DNA from: Cetorhinus maximus
Taxonomy: Eukaryota
DNA length: 64,000 nt
Assembly: GCF_964194155.1 (NCBI RefSeq)
Contig: NC_135901.1
Coordinates: 21,948,001 to 22,012,000, forward strand
Reading direction: 5' to 3'
How positions within the stretch are numbered: the stretch's first letter is position 1; the number at the start of each line of letters is the position of its first letter. Shown here piece by piece: positions 1 through 11,857 of the stretch. The notes beneath the pieces were generated by a model, which worked only from the letters and a program-made list of their open reading frames with translations, was not told the DNA's origin and did no database searches. The translations under genes and the position numbers were made by a program.

Positions 1-86
1 CCCGCCCGGGGTTTGTTAACCTGCAACAAAAACAAAAATACCTGGAAAAACTCAGCAGGTCTGGCAGCATCGGCGGAGAAGAGCAA

Positions 87-125
87 AGTTGACGTTTCGA
101 GTCCTCATGACCCTTCAAAAGAACT
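87..125 (-). ncRNA. Minimal type I hammerhead ribozyme-like motif (degenerate core)
   Basis: Reverse complement reads AGUU CUUUUGA AGGGUC AUGAG GACUC GAAA CGUC AACU. Stem I is AGUU/AACU and stem II is GGGUC/GACUC. Confidence 0.6.
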
Positions 126-491
126 AAGTAGAAATAGGACAGGGGTGAAATATAAGCTGGTTTAAGGGGGGTGGGGGGGGGGGTGGGGGGAGAAGGGGGT
201 GCGGTTGTTGGGACAAGCAAGCAGTGATAGGAGGAGATAACCAAAAGATGTCACAGACAAAAGCACAAAGAGGTGTTGAAGGTGGTGATATTATCTAAAA
301 GAATATGCCAATTAAGAGCGGAGAGCAGGACAAGCTAGATAGCTCTAGTGGGGGTGGGTGAAATAAAGCATGGGTGGAATACATTTTAAAATAATGGAAA
401 TAGGTGGGAAAAGAAAAATCTATATAAATTATTGGAAAAAACAAAAGGGAGGGGGAAGAAACGGAAAGTGGGTGGGGATGGAGGGGGGAGT

Positions 492-821
492 TCAAGATCT
501 AAAGTTGTGGAACTCAATATTCAGTCTGGAAGGCTGTAAAGCGCTTAGTCGGAAGATGAGATGCTGTTCCTCCAGTTTGCGTTGAGCTTCACTGGAACAA
601 TGCAGCAAGCCAAGGACAGGCATGTGGGCAAGAGAGCAGGGTGGAGTGTTAAAATGGCAAGCGACAGGGAGGTCTGGGTCATGTTTGCGGACAGACCAAA
701 GGTGTTCTGCAAAGTGGTCACCCAGTCTGCGTTTGGTCTCTCCAATGTAGAGGAGACCGCATTGGGCGCAACGAATGCAGTAGACAAAGTTGGGGGAAAT
801 GCAAGTGAAATGCTGCTTCAC
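492..821 (-). pseudogene. GIY-YIG endonuclease domain of Penelope-like element
   Basis: VYCIRCAQCGLLYIGETKRRLGDHFAEHL...VACHF...RKLEEQHLIFRL...LN. Nearly identical to ORF 29301-29630. Confidence 0.9.
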
Positions 822-1212
822 TTGAAAGGAGTGTTTGGGCCCTTGGACGGTGAGGAGAGAGGAAGTGAAGGGGCAGGTGTTGCATAGTTTGCGTTTTCAT
901 GGGAAGGTGCCGTAGGTGGGGGTTGAGGAGTAGGGGGTGATGGAGGAGTGGACCAGGGTGTCATGGAGGGAAGGATCCCTATGGAATGCCACCGGGGGGT
1001 GAAGGGAAGATGTGTTTGTTGGTGGCATCATGCTGGAGTTGGCGGAAATGATGGAGGATGATCTTTTGAATGCGGAGGCTGGTGGGGTGATAAGTGAGGA
1101 CAAAGGGGATCCTATCATGTTTCTGGGAGGGAGGAGAAGGCGTGAGGGCGGATGCGCGGGAGATGGGCCGGACATGGTTGATGGTCCTCTCAACTACCGT
1201 GGGTGGAAAACC

Positions 1213-1905
1213 TCAGTTAAGGAAGAAGGAGGACATGTCAGAGGAGCTGTTTTTGAAGGTAGCATCATCAGAACAGATGCGACGGAGGTGAGGGAACTGA
1301 GGGAATGGGATGGAGTCCTTACAGGAAGCGGGGTGTGAGGAGCTGTAGTGGAGGTAGCTGTGGGAGTCGGTAGGCTTGTAATGGATATTGATGGACAGTC
1401 TATCACCAGAAATTGAGACAGAGATGTCAAGGAAGGGAAGGGAAGTGTCAGAGATGGACCATGTGAAAATGATGGAGGGGTGGAGATTGGAAGCAAAATT
1501 AATAAATTTTTCCAGGTCCCGACAAGAGCATGAAGCAGCACCGAAGTAATCATCGATGTACCGGAGAAAGAGTTGTGGGAGGGGGCCGGAGTCGGACTGG
1601 AACAAGGAATGTTCCACATACCTCATAAAGAGACAGGCATAGCTGAGGCCCATGTGGGTACCCATAGCCACACCTTTTATTTGGAGGAAGTGAGAGGAGT
1701 TAAAGGAGAAATTGTTCAGTGTGAGAACAAGTTCAGCCAGATGGAGGAGAGTAGTGGTGGATGGGGATTGTTCGGGCCTCTGTTCGAGGAAGAAGCTGAG
1801 AGCCCTCAGACCATCCCGGTGGGGATGGAGGTGTAGAGGCATTGGACATCCATGGTGAAGAGGAGGCGGTTGGGGCCAGGGAACTGGAAATTGTTGATGT
1901 GACAT
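1213..1905 (-). pseudogene. Reverse transcriptase core of Penelope-like element (fragment)
   Basis: LTLNNFSFN, GVAMGT, RYIDD and LPFLD motifs typical of PLE/telomerase-like RT. Confidence 0.9.
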
Positions 1906-2784
1906 AAGGTGTCAGAGGAATCACGGATGTAGGTGGGAAGGGACTGGACAAGGGGAGAGAGAAGGGAGTCAAGATAGTGAGAAATGAGTTCCGTGGGGCA
2001 GGAACAGCCTGACACAATCGGTCTGCCAGGACAGTCCTGTTTGTGGATTTTGGGTTGGAGGTAGAAGCGGGCCGTCTGAGGTTGGGCGACTATCAGGTTG
2101 GAAGCTGTGGGAGGAAGATCTCCAGAGAAGATGAGGTCAGCGACAGTCCTGGAAACAATGGCTTGATGTTCAGTGGTGGGGTCATGGTCCAGGGAGAGGT
2201 AGGAGGAAGTGTCTGCGAGTTGATGCTCAGCCTCCGCGAGGTAGAGGTCAGTACACCAGACAACAACAGCACCACCCTTGTCAGCAGGTTTGATGACAAT
2301 GTTAGGGTTGGACCTGAGAGAACGGAGTGCAGTAAGTTCAGAGAGAGACAGGTTAGAATGGGTGAGAGGAGCAGAGAAATTGAGACAACTAATGTCACGC
2401 CGACAGTTCTCAATGGAAAGATCAAGAGAAGGTAAGAATCCAGAGGGAGGGGTTCAGGTGGAGGGAGAATATTGGATGTGGGTAAAAGGATCCGTTGAAC
2501 GGGGAGAGGACTCCTGCCCAAAGAAGTGAGCACGGAGACGAAGGCGGCGAAAGAAGAGTTCAGCCACATGCCGAGCCCGAAATTCATGGAGATGAGGGCG
2601 TAAGGGTATGAAACTAAGTCCTTTGCTGAGCACTGAACGTTAAGCGTTGGAGAGGGGAAGGTCAGGGGGTATAGTGAAGGCCCAGCCGGGGCTGGGATCG
2701 GAAGATGGGGTGGGGACGGAGGGACAGGGGTGGAGGGTCCTAGATGGATGTTGGTGTCGACGAGTTGTTATTATCCCGCTCCCA

Positions 2785-2970
2785 ACAGTGACCTCTCACC
2801 TGACACCTCACAATGCCCGGCTGATTGATGGCAGAGCCAGACCAATAGGAAGAGGTGCAGGCCTGGAGGACCCAGCGGGAATGGCTGGTCCTCCAACTAA
2901 TCGGAACAAATAAGGGGCAGGGCTGGGCTGTGACTGAAGGATTCGTTGTGCGGGTGCTAGAGCTGGAAGG
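2785..2970 (+). promoter_or_regulatory. CCAAT-box promoter module of ZNF locus A
   Basis: gattga...gaccaatagga...ccaactaat...ggggcagggc. Paralogous to 13600-13750 and to the reverse complement of 55865-55970. Confidence 0.55.
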
Positions 2971-3030
2971 CTTCTTCAGAATTTCTATCCTGTATTTAAA
3001 GTGAAGAGCTTTCTAGTCTCTTTTTACAGG

Positions 3031-3975
3031 GAGTTAGAAGGGGAGGATTTACAAATGGGAAAATCATAACAAACATCACACTGAGACCTGACAGAGTCAC
3101 TCAATTCTTCAGGACCTGAATATCATCAGCCTTTGAATGTGGAAGGGAAAGGACAGTGTTCTGTCTGTGAGAGAACATTTCGAACATCAGTGTGACTGGA
3201 AAAGCAGCAAGACATTCACACACTCCTGAGTGAGGGTGTGAACTGACTGGAAATAACTTTAACCAGTTACACAGCTGAAAACAAATCACACCATTCACAC
3301 TGGGGAGAAGCTGTACACATGTTGTGTGTGTGAATGAGGCCGCAACTGATTGTCCAATCTGAAGAAAGACAAGGACACTGACACCACGGAGAAACCATGG
3401 AAATGTGGGCACTGTGGGAAGAAATTCAGATCTCCATCTGAGCTGGAAATTCATTGACGCAGTCACACTGGGGAGAGACCATTCACCTGTTCAGTGTGTG
3501 GGAAGGGATTTACTCAGTTATCCACCCTGTTGACACACCAGTGCATTCACACTGGGGAGAGGGCGTTCACCTGCTCCGAGTGTGGTAAGGGATTCATTAA
3601 TTCAACTAACCTGATGAGACACCAGTGGGTTCACTAGAGAGAGGCCGTTTACCTGCTCCGAGTGTGAGAAAGGATTCACTTGTTCAACTGACCTGCAGAA
3701 ACATCAGGAGATGGCCGCTCTGGGGAACGGCCATTTACCTGCTCTGAGTGTGGGATAGCATTCACTCATTCATCAGACCTGCTGAGACACCAACGCTTTC
3801 ACAATAAGGACAGGCCATTCACCTGCTCCAGGTGTGGAAAGGGATTCACTCATTCATCCTACCTACAGAAACACCAACAAATTCACAATGGGGAGAGGCG
3901 GTTAATCTGTTCCATGTACGGGAAGGGATTCATTCACTCCTCCACCCTGCTGAGACACCAGCAAGATCACAAGTT
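3031..3975 (+). pseudogene. C2H2 zinc-finger pseudogene A
   Basis: Acceptor ttttacag at ~3030, then the conserved leader and repeated [16 protein letters not shown] units with stops and indels. The MEKPWKC start is ACG at 3386-3388. Confidence 0.88.
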
Positions 3976-4189
3976 ACTACAATGATTGGACTTTGCTGTG
4001 AAGCATATTCAGGACTGAAATATGTTCATTGGGTTCTGTTTCTGCTGATGTTAATAAACTCCAGTCCTGTAATTGGAGCTAACTTTCTGCATAAAAGTCA
4101 AAGAAACTCATTTTGTATTAAACACAGACTGTTGAGCCTTTTTAATATCTCTAAACTAAGTTAATTCCTTTTGAAGTGTTCTCTCTCTC

Positions 4190-4500
4190 TGCTCTCTCCT
4201 CCATCCTCATCTCCAACTAGTCCGAGGAGCTCATGGAGCTTCTTTGTCACTAAGATTGAGGCAATCTGATCAGTTCACTCTGCTCCTTTCCTCCCTTCTA
4301 CTAGCCCACTGATCCAAACTGCCTCTAAAACTGCCTCTTGCCAAGCCCTGAACTCACGTCTTTCTCCAGTTTCTCTCCAATCTCCCCTCATGCCCTCTCA
4401 GTGCTCACCTTGTCTATGAGACCCATCTCCTGCTCCATCAGCCCGTTTCCTACTCAACTGCCGACCATCCAACTTTTCCATGTTTGGTGACTTTGTTAAA
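4190..4500 (+). mobile_element. Old L2-like LINE fragment shared downstream of ZNF paralogs
   Basis: ctcctccatcctc...gaggagctcatggagcttctttgtcactaagattgag also follows loci B (~17540), D (~32200) and F (~40490, minus). Confidence 0.6.
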
Positions 4501-5131
4501 AGAACCACTATCCTATTTCAGTGAAGGCTGTGGTCGAACAAGGTTGTGTTATTTCTTACGAAAGTATAATAATTTTCACAATATTTTGCTGGTTTGTTGT
4601 AAAGTAGGTATATGTGTGTGAGGGTAGATGGTCCTGTCTATGTGATTTTACTACATTTGGAGTCAGGTAGACTGCAAGCTTGAAATTATCAAAATAAGCT
4701 AGGTGTCGAAATGTACTTGAAATGCTATTGAGTAAACATAGATGCTATTTTAGCATGTAAAATGTGAAGGGAATTTGTATTTTTAGGTATGTGAAAGCAT
4801 TGTTTGGATTTAAAAGGGATGTCAGTCTGTTTGCTACCAGCCAGATAAGCAAGGCTAAGGAGTGTGTTTATTTTTCCCAAAGGTTATTGTCAATATTGGC
4901 AACATGAAAGTTTTTATATTATGGGAAAGGTACAGTTGCAAAGACATATGAAACATTGGAACTTTCATACTAAATAGAAAGAAATGTATATAAGGAAGGC
5001 GCTGGTAAGAAGTGACTGAAGCATTCTGGGAGAAGACTGCAGACACCATGACTCAGGAGGGAATCGAGGAGAAGGTCCCTTGCACTCATCAGGAGGAAGA
5101 GCATCCAACTGAAGGCGCTGGTGAGAAGTGA

Positions 5132-5550
5132 CTGTGACACAGGACTCTGTGCTCTACGGGCTGTTCCCAGGGACACACACCGAGACACAAAGAGTTGTCC
5201 CCGACCGATTGTTGCGGACTGGCACAATCCAAAGTCCAGGACTACGTGCTGAGGGACGCACTAAAGCTTGGGGCAGCTGCCGCAAAGGCGCAATGGGGAA
5301 GGGTCGCTGTCTAAAACCTTTCTACCACAGCGCTCCGAGAGACTGGGAACTGTTTAGAGCCCCTCGGGCTGTACAGATCAAAATGAAAGGCTGTAAATGA
5401 TTGTAATATTGTTTGTACTGATGCACCTGGTGATACATTTTGTAAAAGTTTAACCTGGATTGTACCCTTGTAATGTTGTTTTTGAAATGGTTTTGAATGT
5501 GATTGAAGATTTTTTATGAATAAAGTATATTTTTACAAAAAAAAAAAAAA
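5132..5550 (+). mobile_element. Tx1/L1-clade LINE 3' fragment (copy 1) with internal deletion and poly(A)
   Basis: VTQDSVLYGLFPGTHTE...LKLGAAAAKAQWG coding end, 3' UTR with aataaagtatatttt, and an A-tail. Confidence 0.85.
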
Positions 5551-5567
5551 ATTCTGGGAGAAGTCAC

Positions 5568-6590
5568 AGACTCTCAGTACGCAAACACCAAGTGTCACTA
5601 CGTGCTGAGGTTCTACCTGTCCCCGGTGTTGCGAAGGATGGGTCTGGCCATGCTGCCGCGGAACGCTCCAAGTAGTTGGACCGTGCCGTACCACCTGTCC
5701 CTGGTGGAAAAATTTATGCAGAAAAACACCTTTGACCACAAGTCCATCAGGCAGTGGTCAGCACGTAACGTCCTAGAGGCCCTGAGGGAAAAGGAGAGGG
5801 TGGACCCTGTGGGATGGTTCCCCGAGCAGACTGTCAAAGTCATTTGGCAGAATGCCTCATCGCCAGAACTTTCCAACAAGCACCAAGATGTAGCTTGGCT
5901 GGTGGTGAGAAAGGCCCTCCCTGTCAGATCCTTCCTACACGCCAGGAGGCTCACCCCCTCTGCACGTTGCCCTCGAGGTGGCTGTGGTGGGGAAGAGACC
6001 GTTGTTCACCTCCTTGTGGATTGTGCCTTTGCAAAGAAAGTCTGGAGAGAGATGCAGTGGTTGCTGTCGAGGTTCATCCCGAGCAGTTCTGTGACACAGG
6101 ACTCTGTGCTCTACGGGCTGTTCCCAGGGACACACACCGAGACAAACATCAACTGCAGCTGGAGGATCATCAACTCGGTGAAAGACGCGCTTTGGTCTGC
6201 CCGAAACTTGTTGGTCTTCCAGCACAAAGAGTTGTCCCCGACCGATTGTTGCGGACTGGTACAATCCAAAGTCCAGGACTACGTGCTGAGGGACGCACTA
6301 AAGCTTGGGGCAGCTGCCGCAAAGGCGCAATGGGGAAGGGTCGCTGTCTAAGACCTTTCTACCACAGCGCACCGAGAGAATGGGAACTGTTTAGAGCCCC
6401 TCGGGCTGTACAGATCAAAATGAAAGGCTGTAAATGACTGTAATATTGTTTGTACTGATGCACCTGGTGATACATTTTGTAAAAGTTTAACCTGGATTGT
6501 ACCCTTGTAATGTTGTTTTTGAAATGGTTTGGAATGTGATTGAAGATATTTTATGAATAAAGTATATTTTTACAAAAAAAAAAAAAAAAA
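5568..6590 (+). mobile_element. Tx1/L1-clade LINE 3' fragment (copy 2), ORF2 C-terminus with CCHC zinc knuckle
   Basis: ORF 5602-6351 contains CPRGGCGGEETVVHLLVDC (zf-RVT-like) and W..RN motifs. Poly(A) tail. Flanked by duplicated ATTCTGGGAGAAGTCACA. Confidence 0.9.
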
Positions 6591-6610
6591 ATTCTGGGAG
6601 AAGTCACACT

Positions 6611-7260
6611 TCTGGAGAGAGATGCAGTGGTTTCTGTCGAGGTTCATCCCGAGCAGTTCTGTGACACAGGACTCTGTGCTCTACTGGCTGAACCAGGGAC
6701 ACACACCAAGACAAACATCAAATGCAGCTGGAGGATCATCAACTCGGTGAAAGGTGCTCTTTGGTCTGTCTGAAACTTGTTGGTCTTCCAGCGCGAAGAG
6801 TTATCCCCAACCGAGTGTTGCAGACTGGCACATTCCAAGCTCCAGGACTACGTGCTGAGGGATGCACTAAAGCTTGGGGCAGCTGCCGCAAAGGTGCAAT
6901 TGGGAAAGGTCACTGTCTAAGACCTTTCTGCCATAGTGCACTGAGGGGCTGGGAACTGTTTAGAGCCCCTCGGGCTGTACAGCTCAAAATGAATGTATGC
7001 ATTGAATACTAATTGTATTATAATTGTATTGAAGCAGCTCAGAGTGCAACATGATGTATGTTGATAACTCCAATTGCATTGTCTGTTTGTCTGTAATGAC
7101 CATATTGAAATGATTGTAATATTCATTGATTGTATCGATGCACCTCGTGATCCATGTATAAAAGTTGAATCTGATTGTAATTTTTGTGATAGCGATTTTG
7201 AAATGTTTTGTAATGTTCTTACAGGTATTTTATGAATAAAGTATATTTTTCAAAACAAAA
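6611..7260 (+). mobile_element. Tx1/L1-clade LINE 3' fragment (copy 3, different 3' UTR)
   Basis: Same ORF2 end with stops, and a longer, diverged 3' UTR. The tail is followed by ATTCTGGGAGAAGTCACA. Confidence 0.88.
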
Positions 7261-7393
7261 ATTCTGGGAGAAGTCACAGCAGACACCGTGACTCAGGAGG
7301 GAATCGAGGAGAAGGACTCTTGCGCTCAACAGGAGGAAGAGCATTCAACAAAGGGCGCTGGTGAGAAGTGACTGAAGCATTCTAGGAGAAGTC

Positions 7394-10253
7394 CAAGGTC
7401 ATCGCCAATCGGGTCAAGTCCGCTCTGGAATTGGTGATCCACCCTGACCAGACCTGCGCTGTACTCAGGTATATGTGCAGGACAGGGGCATGGACACCTG
7501 CCTCATCAGCCTGGATCAGGAGAAGGCCTTTGACAGAATATCGCACACCTACATGGTGGATGTGCTCTCCAAAATGGAGTTTGGGGATGGAATTCGCAAT
7601 TGGATCCAACTGCTCTACACTAACATCAGTAGCGCAGTCTCAATCAATGAGTGAGAATCAGATAGCTTTCCCATTAAATCTGGAGTCAGGCAGGGCTGCC
7701 CTCTCTCCCCTGTCCTGTTTGTGTGTTGCATAGAACCCTTTGCTGAGTCCATCAGGAAGGATATGGGCATAAGAGGAGTGATGATCCCAGGCAATGGAGG
7801 CATTCAGGTCAAAGCCTCCCTGTACATGGACAATGTCGCCATCTTCTGCTCGGATCCGCTGTCGGTGCACAGACTGATCCTGCGCATCTGTGACCTGTTC
7901 ATACTGGCCAAGGTGGGAAGAGCGATGCCATGTTCTTTGGGAACTGGGCTGACCGATCCTTTGACCCCTTCACCGTCAAGGCTTACGGCCTGAAGGTGCT
8001 GGAGATATGGTTCGGAGGGGCATGTGTTAGGAACTGGAAGGAGCGAGTGTCTATGGTGCAAAGAAAACTGGACATGTGGGAGTGATGCTCCCTCTCCATT
8101 GTGGGTAAGAACCTGGTCATCAGGTGTGAGGCACTCTCGCTGTTGCTGTACGTGGCTCAGGTTTGTCCCATTCCAGACTCCTGCGCAATGGCGATCACCT
8201 GATCTTTCGCTTTATCTGGAGGTCGAAAATGGATCGTGTCCGCAGGGACACGATGTACAAGCCTCTAGATAAGGGGGGAAAATACATGCCCAACATCGCC
8301 CTCATAAAGATGGCCACCTTTCTGTGCAGCTGCATCAAGCTGTGCGTAGATCCTCGGTACGCAAACACCAAGTGTCACTATGTGCTGAGGTTCTACCTGT
8401 CCCCGGTGTTGTGAAGGATGGGTCTGGCCACGCTGCCACAGAACGCTCCAAGTAGTTGGACCGTGCCGTACCACCTGTCCCTCGTGGAAAAATTTACGCA
8501 GAGAAACACCACAAGTCCATCAGGCAGTGGTCAGCACGTAACATCTTTGAGGCTCTGCGGGAAAAGGAGAGGGTGGATCCTGTGGGATGGTTCCCCAAGT
8601 AGACTGTCAAAGTCATTTGGCAGAATGCCTCATCGCCAGAACTTTCCAACAAGCACCAAGATGTAGCTTGGCTGGTGGTGAGAAAGGCACTCCCTGTCAG
8701 ATCCTTCCAACATGCCAGGAGTTTCACCCCCTCTGCACGTTGTCCTCGAGGTGGCTGTGGTGGAGATGAGACCGTTGTTCACCTCCTTGTGGATTGTGCC
8801 TTTGCAAAAAAAGTCTGGAGAGAGATGCAGTGTGTCCGGCCCATCTCCCGCGCATTCGCCCTCACACCTTCCTCTCCCTCCCAGAACCATGATAGGGTCC
8901 CCCTTGTCCCCACTTATCACCCCATCAGCCTCCACATTCAAAAGATCATCCTCCGCCATTTCCGCCAACTCCAGCACAATGCCACCACCAAACACATCTT
9001 CCCTTCACCCCACCGACCGCCCCCCCCCCCCCACCCCTCCCCCCACCCCCAGCAGCATTCCGCAGGGATCGTTCCCTCTGGGACACCCTGGTCCACTCCT
9101 CCATCACCTGCTACACCTCAACCCCCCCCCCCCCCCCCCCCCCGCGGCACCTTCCCATGCAACCACAGAAGGTGCAACACCTGCCCCTTTACTTCCCCTC
9201 TCCTCACCGTCCAAGGGCCCAAACACTCCTTTAAAGCGAAGCAGCATTTCACTTGCACTTCCCTCAATTTAGTCTACTGCATTCGCCGCTCCAAATGCAG
9301 TTTCCTCTACATTGGAGAGACCAAATGCAGACTGGGTGACCACTTTGTGGAACACCTTCGGTCTGTCCACAAGCATGACCCAGACCTCCCTGTCGCTTGC
9401 CATTTCAACACTCCACCTTGCTCTCATGCCCACATGTCCGTCCTTAGCCTGCTGCATTGTTCCAGTGAAGCTCAACGCAAACTGGAGGAACAGCACCTCA
9501 TCTTCCAACTAGATACTTTATAGCCTTCCAGACTGAATATTGAGTTCAACAATTTTAGATCATGAACTCTCTCCTCCATCCCCACCCCCTTTCGACCCCC
9601 CTTTTTTCCAATAATTTATATAGAATTTTCTTTTCCCACCTATTTCCATTATTTTTAAATGTATTTCCACCCATTGTTTTATCTCTGCCTTTTAGCCTAT
9701 TACGATCCCTTCCTCCCACCCCACCCCCACTAGGGCTATCTGTACCTTTATTATCACATTCCTTAGATAATATCACCAGCTTCAACAGCTCTATGTCCTT
9801 TTGTCTATGACATCTTTTGGTTATCTCCACCTATCACTGGCCCTCTATCCAGCTCTACCTGTCCCACACCCCCCACCGCCCCCTTAAACCAGTTTATATT
9901 TCACCTCTTTTCTATTTTTCCTTAGTTCTGTTGAAGAGTCATATGGACTCAAAACGTTAACTGTGTTACTCTCCGCAGATGCAGTCAGACCTGCTGAGTT
10001 TTTCCAGGTATTTTTGTTTTTGTTTTGGATTTCCAGCATCCGCAGTTTTTTGCTTTTATCTGCAGTGGTTTCAGTCGAGGTTCATCCCGAGCAGTTCTGT
10101 GACACAGGACTCTGTGCACTATGGGCTGAACCAGGGACATACACTGGGACAAACATCAACTGCAGCTGGAGGATCATCAACTCGGTGAAAGACGCTGTTT
10201 GGTCTGCCTGAAACTTGTTGGACTTCCAGCACAAAGAGTTGTCCCCGACCGAG
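7394..10253 (+). mobile_element. Tx1/L1-clade LINE (copy 4) containing RT region, interrupted by a Penelope element, 3'-truncated
   Basis: KVIANRV..VIHPDQTC, LDQEKAFD, SGVRQGCPLSP, IEPFA and LYMDNV (YxDD) motifs. Resumes at 10061 after the nested insert. Confidence 0.88.
8833..10060 (+). mobile_element. 5'-truncated Penelope-like element nested in Tx1 copy 4
   Basis: GIY-YIG (VYCIRRSKCSFLYIGET), pseudo-LTR and hammerhead-like motif at 9924-9962. TSD TGCAGTG at 8826-8832 and 10061-10067. Confidence 0.9.
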
Positions 10254-11044
10254 AATTGTTAGTGACTAGCTGTTATTTATTCTCATTCTGTCTGCAAGCA
10301 GAAACATCTTCCACTGGTCTACCCTGTCAGGCCCTTTCATAATCTTAAAAGATCAAGTCTCTCTTCCAGAGAAAAACGTTTACAGCCTGTCCAATCTTTC
10401 TTGACAGGTGTAATCTATCAGTTACAGCATTATTACTGTAAATGTTTCTTGCATCTCATCCAGTCCTTCTGAATCCATCTTATAATTTGGAGATATGAGC
10501 TAATCTGAGCATCAAACTCACCATTGTCCCAAAATACCTGTATGTTGCAGTATTTTATTCATTTTCCCATGAGCTGCATATAAGATGGGATGGAATGAGC
10601 AGATCCAACGAGCCAGTCTAAAACACTATGGAATATCTATAAAGTTGTCTTTTTCCCTTACAGTGAAATGGTGGTCTGTTTCACTCTTAATTTGTCAATT
10701 ATGACATTAAGAATAACATGTCTGAGAAAGACATGATTTTAGCGCAGTGACACTACGTCAGGTTAAGTTCAGTTAATATGATTGCTGAGCAGTGATAGGA
10801 AATACTTGCAATTCATATGCGTCTTCTCTGTGCATTTACCAGATTAAAATGAATTGATTCTCTCACTCCCTGTCTTGAGGATATTCAAGCTGCAAATCCA
10901 TGAAGATTTGGATATGAGAGGAATCAATGGATTTGGGGAGAGTACAGGAAAGTGGAGTTGGGGTCATTTAATGGTTCAGAGACCCAAGGGGCTGTATGGT
11001 CCACCCCTGCGCCTATTTCTTGTGTTCTTATGAACATCACTGTG

Positions 11045-11857
11045 AATCATTTCCATGTAAGCACAGCAGATGCAGCACCTGCCCTTTCACCTCCTCCCTT
11101 CCCATGTTCCAGGCCCTCAACACACTTTCCAGGTGACACAGTGATTTCCTTGTACTTCTTGCAATCTCCTATTGTGTTTTCACTGCTCACGATGTGGTCT
11201 TTACACTGAGAGGACCAAGTCCAGTTTGAACGACTGCTTTGTGGAACATCACCATTCAGTCTGCGAGCATGATCCTGAGCTTCTGATCATTTACTATTTT
11301 GATTCTCCACCTCACTTCAGGTCTGACCTCTCCTGCACTGTTCAAATGAAGCTCAACAGAAACTCAAGGAACAGCAGCTCATCTTTGATCAGGCACGTTA
11401 CAACCTTCCCAAATCAACATTCCTTTCAACAATTTCAGGTCATAATCATCACTCCCATTTTTTTGGACAGTAGGTACTGGTATGGGTTCTGCTGTTACAT
11501 TTATACCTCCTCTGAGTCTGTATTTTATTTGTTCACTTGTCCCATTAGTTTCTTTACTTGCCTCATTATCACCCAATTTTGCCTTGAATCATTGTTCCCT
11601 TGATCATTTACTCTCTTCCAGCCTTTCATCCTATCACAAGACCATTTGTTCTTTCCTCCTCTCCACCTCTCTTGTCTTTGACTCTGTACTTCTTTGTAAA
11701 CTATTAAACCTCTAAATTCTTCCAGTTTGGATATAAGTTCAGTGACCTGAAACGTTCACTCTGTTTCCCTCTCCAGAGATACTGTTTGATCTGTTGAGTG
11801 TTTCCAACATTTTCTGTTTTGAGGTCAGATTTCCACCATCTGTAGTATCTTGTTTTT
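11045..11857 (+). mobile_element. Older, diverged Penelope-like 3' fragment
   Basis: ORF 11172 CFHCSRCGLYTERTKSSLNDCFVEHHHSV is a degenerate GIY-YIG. The tail is similar to other copies. Confidence 0.75.

Larger units (their letters stand above)
26..2770 (-). mobile_element. Penelope-like retroelement (probably Neptune-type), near-complete ORF region broken by frameshifts, plus 3' pseudo-LTR with hammerhead motif
   Basis: ORF 1213-1905 carries RT motifs (QIKGVAMGT, FLRYIDDYFG, LPFLD, YKPTDSHSYL). ORF 492-821 is a GIY-YIG endonuclease (VYCIRC..C.LLYIGET.R.L..F.EH). A Cys-rich linker starting at GTFP lies between them. The tail region matches many other copies in the window. Confidence 0.93.
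4998..7393 (+). repeat. ~116-118 bp tandem repeat (three units) serving as Tx1 insertion target
   Basis: Units start GGCGCTGGT(A/G)AGAAGTGACTG at 4998, 5114 and 7354. The remainder of unit 2 is at 7261-7353. Confidence 0.85.

Noticed and set aside
3193-3195. Conserved TGA in upstream fingers as selenocysteine or readthrough
   Set aside because: The paralog at 51849 has TAA and the surrounding sequence has frameshifts. No SECIS was recognised.
5551-7280. CRISPR-like recurrence of ATTCTGGGAGAAGTCACA with variable intervening sequence
   Set aside because: The intervening sequences are 0.65-1 kb poly(A)-tailed LINE fragments, so the repeats are target-site duplications. The context is eukaryotic with no cas genes.
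7261-7378. Target repeat as U2 snRNA, 5S rRNA or tRNA
   Set aside because: No resemblance by eye to those RNAs and no A/B boxes. A database search is still needed.
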